From a candidate division FCPU426 bacterium (GTDB taxonomy: Bacteria > Oederibacteriota > Muellerivitia > Muellerivitales > Muellerivitaceae): a DNA stretch of 64,000 nucleotides. Below are positions 42,941 through 53,192 of the stretch, in pieces. Numbering within the stretch: the stretch's first letter is position 1; every line of letters begins with the position of its first letter. Location of the stretch: positions 32,001 through 96,000 of the forward strand of contig CAWHOE010000057.1 of NCBI GenBank assembly GCA_963830915.1, given 5' to 3'. The translations under genes and the position numbers were made by a program. The notes under the pieces are model-generated. The model saw nothing but the letters and a program-made list of their open reading frames with translations. It was not told the origin of the DNA and searched no databases.

Positions 42941-44224
42941 GTGAAGTCAAAAGCGATATTTCAACTGGCCTTGTTCGTTTTTATGGGCGTGATGGGCCTA
43001 ACCGGTCTATCCCTGATCGGGATGGGCTGTAGCGGAAGCCCCACGACCGGACCAGCGCCAGCGACAGCCACCAACACCGCCACCCCGGCAACCAGTCAAA
43101 CCATCACCTATACGCCTACCCCCAATAAAACCGTGATCAGCGAGTTCTTCATCGCCACGCCTGGCGTTTCCAATCTTTTTCCCGCCCCAGGTTCCAGCCT
43201 TTCCATCACGGTCCTCTACAACGAAACCGAAACCTATACCACGCCTTATTTCATCGTGGGTATCACCCCCGCCACCAACACTACTTTGATCTGCCCCGCC
43301 ACCGATCAATATCTTTTAGTGGATTCCACATCCGCTTCCCCCGGGAAAAACCTGATGACGTCCACCACCCAGGATACGACCGACCCAGGTTACGGATGGC
43401 CCGGCGTTGGAACCTATGGCACACCGACCAATCCCTATATCCAGGTCTGGAATGTCACCCTACCCTCGTCTTTACCCGTTGGCAGTTACAACATCGTGGT
43501 CGAGGAAAACGGCTTCGCGGTTGGATGTAGTACCGGATATGGAAACTTCGTGCCCAATACCCATATCGCCATTACGGTTTCTTATCCGACTTTCACACCT
43601 ACGAATACCTCCACCGCCACCAGTACATCCACCGCCACCGAAACACCCACGGCCACGAACACTTCCACGTTCACGCCCACCCCATCGGCGACCGCAACCA
43701 CGCCTTTGACCAATACCCCCACCCCGTCCCTGACGTCTACGCCCACCATGACAGCCACCATACCCACGGGTATTTTTAGCGGCACGCCTGGCATTTCTAA
43801 CCTGACCCCCGCCGCCGGTTCCACCCTTTCCGTAACGGTCATCTATAACGAACCGGGGATCAACGACACCCCATATTTCATCGTGGGGATCACACCGGCT
43901 GCCAACACTGCTTTGATTTGTTCCGCGACTAACCAATACCTATTGGTGGATTCGACCTCCGGTTCCAACTCGACAAGCCCCGCGACCTCCACGACCCAGG
44001 ACTTGACGGACGCCGGCACAGGATGGCCCGGTCAAGTCGTTGGCGGGACCAGTAATAACCCCTATACCCAGATATGGACCGTCACCATTCCTTCGACTTT
44101 ACCCTCGGGCAGTTACAACATAGTCGTGGCGGAAAATGACAATGGGGTAACCGACTGTCCTTCGGGGGCCACGGCCGGGGAAGGCGCGACTTCCTCGACA
44201 TTTACGGCCATCACCATCCCTTGA
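42941..44224 (+). CDS. Lipoprotein with two copies of a ~140-aa beta-rich domain
   Basis: MGC lipobox; TPG.SNL.PA.GS.LS.TV.YNE...TPYFIVGITPA...QYLLVDSTS occurs twice around a Thr stalk. Confidence 0.75.
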   Translation: MKSKAIFQLALFVFMGVMGLTGLSLIGMGCSGSPTTGPAPATATNTATPATSQTITYTPTPNKTVISEFFIATPGVSNLFPAPGSSLSITVLYNETETYTTPYFIVGITPATNTTLICPATDQYLLVDSTSASPGKNLMTSTTQDTTDPGYGWPGVGTYGTPTNPYIQVWNVTLPSSLPVGSYNIVVEENGFAVGCSTGYGNFVPNTHIAITVSYPTFTPTNTSTATSTSTATETPTATNTSTFTPTPSATATTPLTNTPTPSLTSTPTMTATIPTGIFSGTPGISNLTPAAGSTLSVTVIYNEPGINDTPYFIVGITPAANTALICSATNQYLLVDSTSGSNSTSPATSTTQDLTDAGTGWPGQVVGGTSNNPYTQIWTVTIPSTLPSGSYNIVVAENDNGVTDCPSGATAGEGATSSTFTAITIP

Positions 44225-44240
44225 GATTCGCCGCCTGAAA

Positions 44241-44332
44241 GTCTTTTCTCGTGAAACCAAGTCAATTAACACCAGCCAAACTTTTCCACGGAATAAATCG
44301 GCCTATTTGAAGTCTTATAAGTAGGGGGGAAC
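44241..44332 (+). repeat. Array junction repeat R8
   Basis: gtcttttctcgtgaaaccaagtcaattaacaccagcc + ttttccacGGAATA(44290)-N16-GTCTTATAagtaggg. Confidence 0.85.
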
Positions 44333-44474
44333 GGCTTTGTCTAAAATCATCGAGGGAGATATTGGGTTAAAATGATTTTAAAGGTGGAACCCATTACACC
44401 GAAGCAATGGGGTAGGAATAAGTCTTAAAATTGGATAAATAGTTCAAAACTAGATTTATAAATTGGAGGCATCT

Positions 44475-44993
44475 ATGCGTCGGTTATTTGTGATGTTATC
44501 TGCCGGTTCATTGTTGCTGGTTCTGGTATTGGCTATCCCATTCTTGGGATGCAAATCGAATACACCCACGGTCGCCGCTCCGACCGCCACCCCCACGCCA
44601 GGCTCGCCCTACACGGGCATCAGCCAAACCAACATCACCTCCATGACGATCATCGGGACACCCAATCCGGGTGATTGGATACCTACCAGTGAATTTTTAG
44701 CGGCCTCCGTATACCCCAATCCAAGTACGCCTGGGACGATTGACGTAGGCGTCAATCTTTCCGCCACAATGAACGTAAGGGTCCAGGTCTATGAAAATCC
44801 TTCGACCAAAATGTCCGATGAAACCTTTTCCGCTATTCCCGCGGGAATAACTGGTTTGACCATTCAGACTCGCGATTCCTATGGAAACCCCTTAAAGACC
44901 AATTACATCTATCGGTGCGTGGTTATTGGAACGACCACCCAGATCTCGGGAAATTTCATCATCTGCAACTCTGGCGGCCCCTGTAACTATTGA
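44475..44993 (+). CDS. Small lipoprotein with CTD/FlgD-like domain
   Basis: GGAGG RBS, LGC lipobox, VYPNP...GNPL....YIYRCVV. Confidence 0.65.
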   Translation: MRRLFVMLSAGSLLLVLVLAIPFLGCKSNTPTVAAPTATPTPGSPYTGISQTNITSMTIIGTPNPGDWIPTSEFLAASVYPNPSTPGTIDVGVNLSATMNVRVQVYENPSTKMSDETFSAIPAGITGLTIQTRDSYGNPLKTNYIYRCVVIGTTTQISGNFIICNSGGPCNY

Positions 44994-45265
44994 CCCATGG
45001 ACGTTATCAATTCGAGATATCGAAGAAGCATTTTTTTCTAAACACTTGATCAACTGATCCTTTGACCCTGGGCGGTTCCGTCACACTCTTGGTTTTCCAT
45101 TACAAAAATTTTACATCGCGAAGAGCCTGATATTACTAGTTTTCCAAGCGTTAGAACCCATGGGGTTTTATCTCGTTGACGGCCCTTCGGCGGATAGTGT
45201 CAAATGATTAAGCAGCTGGGGAGCGGCGAATTTCCCATTCCAAGGGATACGCCAAGATCTATTGA

Positions 45266-47011
45266 ATGAGGCTCCCTTTGCGATATCTGCCGAACCGATT
45301 TTTCCTATATATAGGCGCTTTCTTGACAGTGGTCACCGCCATTTCCTGCGGAGGCGGGGGAAGCAATTCCGCTCCCACAGCCCCCTCCAATCCCACCAAC
45401 ACCTTCACCATTACCCTGACGCCCGTCTTGACCAATACGCCCACCCTCACTTCCACACCGGTCAAAACGGCAACGGCTACAAGTACTTTTACGCCCACCG
45501 CTACCATTACTCCGACCGATTCGATGACGCCTTGCATGACCGCGACCCAGACCAACACTTCGACATCCACGAATTCGATAACGCCTAGCGCGACAGCCTC
45601 CCAGACCCTTAGCTCAACATTGACATCAACTGGGACGGCGTACCTCACCGCCACACCCTCAACTACGCCCACTTTCACCCCTGTCAACACTAACCAAGCC
45701 ACAAATACGGTCACTAGCACGACCACGGACACACCAGCTCCCACCAACACTTGCACCTTGACCCTCACGGCCACGGATTCACAGACTTACACCGCCACGA
45801 ATACCCCGACATCCACTGGAACGGACTCTCCCACTTGCACCTCCACCTCATCGGGAACCAATTCGCCTACCGAGACCTTGACCGATACGCCGACGAATAG
45901 CTTCACCATCACCCTCACGAATTCGCCGACAACCACCCCGACTACAACATCCACCGGCACCCCCACATTCACGTCCACCCCGACGATCAGCTTCACGCCG
46001 ACCAATACGCAAACCCAAACCCTCACCAATACGGCTTGTACCGATGGGAATGGCAACACCTGCACCCCCACGGCCACACCTTGTACGGCGGTCACCATCC
46101 CCGACCCGATCCTCCTCTCGGCCCTTCAATCGATCTTGAACATATCCTCAAGCCAACAGCCCACCCTCTGCGAACTGGCCACGATCACCAGCCTTGATCT
46201 TCAATCCTATGGCATCACCAACCTGGAGGGCCTGGAATATTGCGTCAACATGACTTCACTCGTATTCGGAGGGAACTCGATCACCAATGTCGGACCTCTC
46301 GCGACCATGACGAACCTGACTTATCTCGACCTGAGCTTCAACCAGATCACCGACATTTCACCCCTGTCCGGCCTGACCAAACTGACCTTCCTGAACTTGG
46401 GGGTCAACCAATTCAGCGATATCTCGGCCTTGTCCAATATGGTGAAACTGCAGTACCTTTACCTGGGGTCGAATAAGATCAGCGATCTTTCCCCCCTGAC
46501 TGGCCTGTCGACCGCGCCCCTGGTCACCCTGGACCTGAGTGGAAACCCCCTCAGCGATTATTCAGCCTTGTCCGGGCTCAAGAACCTCAACTCTCTAGAC
46601 TTGAACAACGCCCAGGTCAGCGATCTTTCCTTCTTGTCAAACCTGACCAATCTCACTGGTCTCCATTTGAGCGGCAACCAGATCGTCAACATCTCCCCCT
46701 TGGGCAGTTTGGGGAAGGTCGGTTATCTCGACCTGAGTTTCAATCAGATAAGCGACATCTCCACTTTGTCCGGCTTGACGAAACTTGTCTTTCTTTACAT
46801 GGGCAACAACCAGATCACCGATCTGACGGCTTTGGAGGAGAACACTGGTCTGGGGTATTTCGCCGCAAGCGTGAACGTGATCAATAATCCGTTGAGCTGT
46901 ACGGCTATCAATATTGAGATACCGGAAATTCAATATGCCGGGGTTAGTGTGGCTTACACTTCAAACCCCACTTGTACCACGCCTACCCCGACACCGGTTT
47001 CCACGCCATGA
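45266..47011 (+). CDS. Internalin-like leucine-rich repeat lipoprotein with Thr stalk
   Basis: ISC lipobox; IPD..L cap; 22-aa LRRs [16 protein letters not shown]. Confidence 0.88.
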   Translation: MRLPLRYLPNRFFLYIGAFLTVVTAISCGGGGSNSAPTAPSNPTNTFTITLTPVLTNTPTLTSTPVKTATATSTFTPTATITPTDSMTPCMTATQTNTSTSTNSITPSATASQTLSSTLTSTGTAYLTATPSTTPTFTPVNTNQATNTVTSTTTDTPAPTNTCTLTLTATDSQTYTATNTPTSTGTDSPTCTSTSSGTNSPTETLTDTPTNSFTITLTNSPTTTPTTTSTGTPTFTSTPTISFTPTNTQTQTLTNTACTDGNGNTCTPTATPCTAVTIPDPILLSALQSILNISSSQQPTLCELATITSLDLQSYGITNLEGLEYCVNMTSLVFGGNSITNVGPLATMTNLTYLDLSFNQITDISPLSGLTKLTFLNLGVNQFSDISALSNMVKLQYLYLGSNKISDLSPLTGLSTAPLVTLDLSGNPLSDYSALSGLKNLNSLDLNNAQVSDLSFLSNLTNLTGLHLSGNQIVNISPLGSLGKVGYLDLSFNQISDISTLSGLTKLVFLYMGNNQITDLTALEENTGLGYFAASVNVINNPLSCTAINIEIPEIQYAGVSVAYTSNPTCTTPTPTPVSTP

Positions 47012-47082
47012 GGAACGCCCAGAGAGGGCTGAGAGAAAACGAAATGTCCCCCAAAGGGGAGTCCTTTAACAGGGAGGTAGTC

Positions 47083-47322
47083 ATGAAAAAGGCGGTCACA
47101 TTAACGATGGTTTTGGTTTGGTCGGCGCTACTCGTCGGAACAGGCCTTGCCCAGACGGCGAACCCCACAATCACGGCCCATAAACAGATGATCGAAAAAA
47201 TGGAGAGCCAACGCCTGGCCCACAAAACCCGTCCTCGGGTGAGGAAGATGTCCGGAACAGTCGATAGATCGCTGAAACCACGGGCAACAGTCAGCCCTAA
47301 AGATCCGAAAAAAGGGAATTGA
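47083..47322 (+). CDS. Small secreted basic protein
   Basis: GGAGG RBS; MKK signal peptide ending GLA. Confidence 0.55.
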   Translation: MKKAVTLTMVLVWSALLVGTGLAQTANPTITAHKQMIEKMESQRLAHKTRPRVRKMSGTVDRSLKPRATVSPKDPKKGN

Positions 47323-47375
47323 GGCGGCTTTTTGACTCGGCAAAACTGGGATTGACCCCGGTTCATTCTTTTGAC

Positions 47376-47455
47376 GGCCATTATCCCGCGAAAACCTGTT
47401 CTATTGGCGCCCGCCAACCTTTTCCACTGAATGAATCCTTCCTTTGAGTTCTTAT
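47376..47455 (+). repeat. Array junction repeat R9 (degenerate)
   Basis: ggccattatcccgcgaaaacctgttctattgg + cccgccaaccttttccacTGAATGAAT...TTCTTAT. Confidence 0.65.
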
Positions 47456-47538
47456 TCGGCAGGACATGTCAGACGGACCCTTTTCATCCTTGTGTTATAA
47501 TTCCTTCGTCGTAGAACCCATCCCCAATCGGAGACAAT

Positions 47539-48555
47539 TTGAACCTTCGTATCCAGCTTTCTATCCTCGTTATCCTCCCCTTAGCTTTGATCCCTTTGGC
47601 ATGCAGTAAAACCTACTCTCTTCCTCCTTTGGCCGCTGTTTCCAACCCGACCCCAACCCCCATCCCTGGCGCCGGAGTAAGTTGGACCGAGGCTTCCACT
47701 ACCGCTCCTACAGGTTATCGGGAAGGTCAAAGTACCGTGGTTTATAACAATGAAATGTGGTTGATCGGCGGATTCACGGGTTCAGAAATGAATGATGTTT
47801 GGAATTCCACGAACGGCATCACCTGGAACGAGGCGACAGCCGCCGCGGCTTTCAGCGGGAGGGAGCGGCATGATTCGGTGGTTTTCAACGGCGCCATGTG
47901 GGTGGTGGGAGGCGGTCTCTACAACGGCAGCAACTGGGTTTGCGATTCGGATGTTTGGTCCTCGACGGATGGCATCACCTGGAACGAGGCAACAGCCGCC
48001 GCGGGCTTCAACACCAGGATGGAATTCGGCCTGGTCGTTTTCAAGAACGCCATGTGGTTGATCGGCGGTTACGACGGGACCAATGTTTATGACGACGTAT
48101 GGACATCCAACAATGGGACTTCCTGGACCCATGTGACCAACGGCCCCTTCGGCTATCGGACCAATTTGACCGCCCTGGTATTCAACAACCTGATGTGGGT
48201 CATTGGAGGGAACTACAACGGCACCAACTATACCGATGTCTGGAGTTCGCCCGACGGGACCAATTGGACCGAGGCGACCGCCAGCGCGGGTTTCAACGGC
48301 CGAGGGTATCAAACTTCCGTGGTCTTCAACAACGAAATGTGGGTCATCGCCGGAGCCTATTACAACGGCACTAGCTGGAGTTTTCTTTCCGATGTTTGGG
48401 CTTCCCCGAACGGGACCAACTGGACTCAAACGGACGCTTCCGGGCCTTTCGGCCCCTTGGGCAACCATTCTTCCGTGGTGTACAACAACGAAATGTGGGT
48501 CATCGACGGTCAGAATGGCACCAACTCCACCAACCAGATCTGGCACTCGCCCTGA
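47539..48555 (+). CDS. Kelch-like beta-propeller lipoprotein
   Basis: PLAC lipobox; repeats VVFNN.MW.IGG......DVWSS.DG..W.EAT. Confidence 0.85.
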   Translation: MNLRIQLSILVILPLALIPLACSKTYSLPPLAAVSNPTPTPIPGAGVSWTEASTTAPTGYREGQSTVVYNNEMWLIGGFTGSEMNDVWNSTNGITWNEATAAAAFSGRERHDSVVFNGAMWVVGGGLYNGSNWVCDSDVWSSTDGITWNEATAAAGFNTRMEFGLVVFKNAMWLIGGYDGTNVYDDVWTSNNGTSWTHVTNGPFGYRTNLTALVFNNLMWVIGGNYNGTNYTDVWSSPDGTNWTEATASAGFNGRGYQTSVVFNNEMWVIAGAYYNGTSWSFLSDVWASPNGTNWTQTDASGPFGPLGNHSSVVYNNEMWVIDGQNGTNSTNQIWHSP

Positions 48556-48564
48556 TAAAGCTTT

Positions 48565-48619
48565 CCAACTTTCCATCGGAATAAATCCAGCTTTTTGACG
48601 TCTTATAGGTATGGCAACC
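48565..48619 (+). repeat. Array junction repeat R10
   Basis: ttccatcGGAATA(48578)-N16-GTCTTATAggta. Confidence 0.8.
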
Positions 48620-48756
48620 CTGAACCAGAGACTTCGTCACGGTTCAGGGCATGACGCTTTGGGCAAACCCTTGAAGGTGGAAATTGGGTTAAAATATTGT
48701 CCTAGGTGAAACACAGCTTCATTAGTAAGGCTAAAAAAACTCCTAAAGGAGAAATT

Positions 48757-49548
48757 GTGAATAAAACTATTCTTAAAACCATATTAACGACGACGGTATT
48801 CTGTTTGGTGACGACGGCGGCCCTGGCGCAAATCGCGGACACTTTCGTTTCTCCACCGCCCCTCGTAACGCTCGTTCCCACCCCCACAACGGTTCCAACA
48901 GCCTCCCCCACCCCAGTGGATAAACCACTGAGCTTTGAGGGGAAGTTCGGCATCGGCTACGAGTACATCCGCGTCGATGAGGTCCAAAATACTTCTTACA
49001 ATAACTTCGTAACTAACAACCTTTTATCCCTGGACACCACCTATTGGATTTCGAACCAGACGGCCCTTGATATCCTGGCCACCGCCAATGCTGGTTCCTA
49101 TATGGGCACTGACTTCAACGGCAATTCCACGAATTTCCCCAACACCACTTGGGGTGGGGGTTTGCAGTTGCGGGACAATCTTTCGGCCCCTCTGCATGAT
49201 CTCAGGCTCCAGGCTCTGTTCCGGGCCACTTACGCCCAATTCAGTCAAGAAGAAGTGAATTGGAGCAGCAACTACAACATTACCTACCAGATCCAGGATT
49301 GTTATTCGGAAACTTTCCTGCTGTCGGCCGGGCTTGGATTCGAATATTACTTACCTTTTTGCGACTCGCTTTCGGTTCAGGGAAACCTCGCCTATTCCGG
49401 GGCGTATAATGACGGCTGGATCAGCGAAACCTTCAATCCCAAATACAACGTCGGCGCGAATTACACCATAAAATATTCTAATTACCGCACCGCGTTCGTA
49501 TTGACGGGGCTCACCTTGAGCGGAGTGTCTGTACATTTTTATTTCTAA
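48757..49548 (+). CDS. Probable outer-membrane beta-barrel protein
   Basis: AAGGAG RBS, signal peptide, terminal VHFYF. Confidence 0.65.
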   Translation: MNKTILKTILTTTVFCLVTTAALAQIADTFVSPPPLVTLVPTPTTVPTASPTPVDKPLSFEGKFGIGYEYIRVDEVQNTSYNNFVTNNLLSLDTTYWISNQTALDILATANAGSYMGTDFNGNSTNFPNTTWGGGLQLRDNLSAPLHDLRLQALFRATYAQFSQEEVNWSSNYNITYQIQDCYSETFLLSAGLGFEYYLPFCDSLSVQGNLAYSGAYNDGWISETFNPKYNVGANYTIKYSNYRTAFVLTGLTLSGVSVHFYF

Positions 49549-49687
49549 TGCACACGTTTTGTGAAATGGCCCCTTACGGCACGGCTTGAAGTAGAAATCC
49601 CTTGTTACATGGGTATCCCATAAGGGAAAGGCTAATAATTTTTCCAAAGGTTGAGTTTCCTTAACGGTTCGCCGGAGAGATCACAAA

Positions 49688-50053
49688 ATGCATAAAAATA
49701 AAAAGGCGTTCATTTCTTGGGTGTCCCTATTGTGGCCTTGGGCCGCGATCCTTTTCGTTGAAATGATGATGCCCAAATACAACGACCCTGTTTGTCTTTT
49801 AGGGCTTGTTTGTGTTTCACTCTTTGGTTTCGTATTCACTCGATCCATCAATCACCAAGACCCTGCGAAAATACTGAAAGATCTGTTGCTCCTCATAACG
49901 TGCTCAATTCTTATCGCCCTTTCCTTCGCGGCTTTTATATGGTTTGAATGGCCTGCGTATTTGCTGGGGTTTTGGATGCTTTTTTCCGTCGCGTTCGTGT
50001 TTGTTGGATACAAAGTATTCCACAAACCTCGGAACAAAAATGAAAAACATTAA
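49688..50053 (+). CDS. 4-TM membrane protein
   Basis: Hydrophobic 121-aa ORF, GGAG RBS. Confidence 0.6.
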   Translation: MHKNKKAFISWVSLLWPWAAILFVEMMMPKYNDPVCLLGLVCVSLFGFVFTRSINHQDPAKILKDLLLLITCSILIALSFAAFIWFEWPAYLLGFWMLFSVAFVFVGYKVFHKPRNKNEKH

Positions 50054-50450
50054 CGTTATATTTAAAATGATAGTGCCCTTATTAATGATCGGTTATGGGT
50101 TGTTTTCATTTATTAACAACGTTTTATTCTTTATGAAGGCCCAAGAAAAAACCGTCGAAGTTGTTCAAGCGGCACAATTTTCGGGAGCTGGTCGATTTGG
50201 CCATGGTTATTGGAAGTTGTCGACTGACTTTATTAATCCGCAAGATGGTAAACCGATCACCGTTGTCGCTAATACCAGCAGTTATTCCGTGGGTCAAAAG
50301 ATCAATATTTTTTTCGATCCATCTAATGCTCTAAACATAAAAGTTTACGACATAGAATATTTTATCGATCCTTGGATATTGATTATTTTTGGGGTTGTGT
50401 TTGCATTCGGGATCAAATTCAAACCGAATGACAAAAAGCATAAAGCTTAA
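50040..50450 (+). CDS. DUF3592-like membrane protein
   Basis: TM, beta domain ending VGQKINIFFDPSN, TM. Confidence 0.6.
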   Translation: MKNINVIFKMIVPLLMIGYGLFSFINNVLFFMKAQEKTVEVVQAAQFSGAGRFGHGYWKLSTDFINPQDGKPITVVANTSSYSVGQKINIFFDPSNALNIKVYDIEYFIDPWILIIFGVVFAFGIKFKPNDKKHKA

Positions 50451-50515
50451 TTTAGGAATAAGCATAAAAGTTCAACTGGGATGTCCATTGCCGGAGGGTT
50501 TGATTGCAAAACACC

Positions 50516-50980
50516 ATGGGTAAAAGGATCACTTTTGGTTTGGCGGGTTTTATCCTGATGGTCCTGGGTAGTTATTTTCTTCTCAGAAGTTACCCGATGT
50601 TGTTCGTGAAGTACGCGACGAAAACCACAGGGAAGGTCATCGAAATCATTCACGCGCGTTATCCGGGTAGGAACCTATACCCGAAGATAGCCTTCACGGC
50701 ACAAAACGGGGAACCGATAACTTTTTCCACCGGTATCATCTCGAAAGGTTGGAATCCCCAGATAGGTGATTTGGTCGAGGTAGACTATGACCCGGCCAAT
50801 CCCGCCCATGCCGGGGTCTATCAGCCCAAGGGATTAAGAAGTTTTTTAATCATATTCGTCATCGGTTTAGCGGCCCTTTTGAACGCCATATTCCAGTTCA
50901 TTCCTATAGGTAGAAATGCCGGGATGACCACCGAACAATCGGATAATGCCCTCCGGAACGTTTTCAAACGGTTGAAATAA
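50516..50980 (+). CDS. DUF3592-like membrane protein
   Basis: TTGKVI...YP.I.F....G...GD.VEV.YDP.NP..A. Confidence 0.75.
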   Translation: MGKRITFGLAGFILMVLGSYFLLRSYPMLFVKYATKTTGKVIEIIHARYPGRNLYPKIAFTAQNGEPITFSTGIISKGWNPQIGDLVEVDYDPANPAHAGVYQPKGLRSFLIIFVIGLAALLNAIFQFIPIGRNAGMTTEQSDNALRNVFKRLK

Positions 50981-50990
50981 GATCAATTCC

Positions 50991-51042
50991 ATCTTTTCCT
51001 AGGAATAAATTCGTAAATTTATAGTCTTATAGGTAAGGGAAC
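50991..51042 (+). repeat. Array junction repeat R11
   Basis: ttttcctaGGAATA(51002)-N16-GTCTTATAggtaagggaac. Confidence 0.8.
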
Positions 51043-51158
51043 AGGCCAGACACCTCAAAAACCGATGATATAATTCAGACAGTTCATTATTTTCAAGAGC
51101 GTTTCTTATGTGGTCACGGAATATTTATTCCAGATCTAACTTTGAAATAGGAAAACTT

Positions 51159-52280
51159 ATGAATCGATCCCTTTGTTTGACGATCTGCGGTGGTTTGCTT
51201 TTATTGGCGGCGTTAACCATCCCCACCGCTTGCAGTAAACTGTACGTCGTCGGCCCCCTTTCCTCCACCCCGACCCCAGGCGGTTCTTCCTGTTCCAATG
51301 CTGGTGTGGTGTCGACTTTGGCCGGTTCAGCGGGGGTTACAGGTCTTCTCGACGGGACCGGGACCGCCGCGTTATTCAATGACCCGGACGGCGTGGCGGT
51401 CGATACAGCGGGAAATATTTATGTGTTGGATTTTAACAACAACGATATCCGTAAGATCTCGCCTGCCGGCGCGGTAACGACCTTCGCGGGCGGGGGACCT
51501 TGTTGCGCCGTCGATGGGATAGGCACTGCCGCTTCCTTCAATCAACCCGGCGGTATCGCGGTTGACAACGCCGGCAATGTGTTTGTCTCCGATACCTACA
51601 ACCTTCTGATCCGCAAGATCACTCCCTCTGGCGCGGTAACGACCATCGCTGGGACTGTCGGCGTTCCAGGCAGCGCGAACGGTACGGGAACCGCCGCTTC
51701 TTTTAATTACCCCTTTGGGATTGCGGTGGATAGTTCGGATAACCTTTATGTCGCCGATACAGGGAATTGTATGATCCGCAAGATCACATCCGGCGGTTTG
51801 GTCTCGACATTCGCCGGTTCTACGACACCCGGTTCCGCCAATGGAACTGGTACCGCAGCGTCGTTCACGGCCCCTCAGGGACTCGCCGTGGATTCGACTG
51901 GGACGATCTATGTCGCGGACACGGTGAATAATATGATCCGTGCCATTACCCCAAGCGGCGTTGTGTCAACCCTTGCAGGTTCGGCGGCGGTTACGGGTTC
52001 TATGAACGCTACTGGAACCTCCGCTTCGTTCAATTCTCCTACCGGGGTTACGGTCGATAATTGCGGCAATGTTTATGTGGCGGATATTTTGAACAACATG
52101 ATCAGAAAAATAACCCCTGGCGGTGTGGTCACGACCTTAGCGGGGCAATTGACCCTTGGTTCCACCAACGCGACCGGGACTTCCGCGTCTTTCGATCGTC
52201 CCGCCGCGGTCGCCCTTGACGCTTCCGGGAATCTTTATGTCGCGGACGCGTTCAACTCGCTCGTCCGTAAGATCCATTAA
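51159..52280 (+). CDS. NHL-repeat lipoprotein, paralog of 28944-30101
   Basis: PTAC lipobox; GTGTAASF NHL repeats. Confidence 0.9.
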   Translation: MNRSLCLTICGGLLLLAALTIPTACSKLYVVGPLSSTPTPGGSSCSNAGVVSTLAGSAGVTGLLDGTGTAALFNDPDGVAVDTAGNIYVLDFNNNDIRKISPAGAVTTFAGGGPCCAVDGIGTAASFNQPGGIAVDNAGNVFVSDTYNLLIRKITPSGAVTTIAGTVGVPGSANGTGTAASFNYPFGIAVDSSDNLYVADTGNCMIRKITSGGLVSTFAGSTTPGSANGTGTAASFTAPQGLAVDSTGTIYVADTVNNMIRAITPSGVVSTLAGSAAVTGSMNATGTSASFNSPTGVTVDNCGNVYVADILNNMIRKITPGGVVTTLAGQLTLGSTNATGTSASFDRPAAVALDASGNLYVADAFNSLVRKIH

Positions 52281-52317
52281 TGGTTTAAATATCATTCGAT
52301 TCAATCGGAGGTTGGAT

Positions 52318-52869
52318 ATGAAACATTTTCTATTGATTGGCCTGTGTTTGTTCATGGTATCCCCTGCTTTTGCTGAATCGGCCAATTACTACCACCAGGG
52401 TCTGTACTTTGAGCTGGGGGGAGGGAAGAACTTGGGGGACCAGTCGGAGTACAACCCCACGCCCGCCGGAACGGTCATCGACGTTGGATACAGTTTTGAT
52501 CCCCAATGGTCGGCCCAACTGCAATGGATCGACCTCACCTGGGAAAGCAAATACACCATCATTTACACGACCGAGGACAGGATACTTCCGGAAATTAAAT
52601 GGACCCCATTCATCGGCGTGGTCCAGCCTTACGCGCTGGCCGGGGTCGGCATGTCCTTTCAAACGGTCACCGACGACTCGGGAGAAGGTCACTTGATCCC
52701 TCCCCAGAACTATTCCTATTTCGACATGATGTTGGGCGCCGGGGCCCACACCAATTTCAAAAGCTTCATCAATATCTTCGTGGAGGCCCACTGCAACGTG
52801 ATCTTCGTGACTAGCGGAATCACCGCTTCAACCGTACCGCTGTTCGGGGGCATTCAGCTGGATATTTGA
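52318..52869 (+). CDS. Small outer-membrane beta-barrel protein
   Basis: GGAGG RBS, signal peptide AFA, QPYALAGVG, terminal GGIQLDI. Confidence 0.7.
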   Translation: MKHFLLIGLCLFMVSPAFAESANYYHQGLYFELGGGKNLGDQSEYNPTPAGTVIDVGYSFDPQWSAQLQWIDLTWESKYTIIYTTEDRILPEIKWTPFIGVVQPYALAGVGMSFQTVTDDSGEGHLIPPQNYSYFDMMLGAGAHTNFKSFINIFVEAHCNVIFVTSGITASTVPLFGGIQLDI

Positions 52870-52897
52870 AGGGACTAAATGTGATAAGAAAACGATC

Positions 52898-53179
52898 TTG
52901 AGAGCTAACCCACCCAAGTTCAAAGCCTACGCCGAAAACATTCAGGCCAAGTGGGGAAAATCGCCCGAGGAATTTTGGCGGTTGGCCATCAAGAAGGGTT
53001 ACATCCAGAAGGGCAAGTTGAACGCGGAACACGCCGACCTTTTGAAATGTCTTAAAACCGACATCGGCTTGGGCCATGTTTACGCCAACTCCATCATCGC
53101 CTATCTGCGGGCCCGCGCGAAGGACCCAACCCAAACCCCCAACGCCAGGAAATGGATCAAAGCCACCTGGAAATATTGA
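52898..53179 (+). CDS. DUF4287-like protein
   Basis: F.AY..NI..K.GKS.EEF...LK.D.GLGH..AN.I..YL. Confidence 0.7.
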   Translation: MRANPPKFKAYAENIQAKWGKSPEEFWRLAIKKGYIQKGKLNAEHADLLKCLKTDIGLGHVYANSIIAYLRARAKDPTQTPNARKWIKATWKY

Positions 53180-53192
53180 AAGCTAAGGCGTA

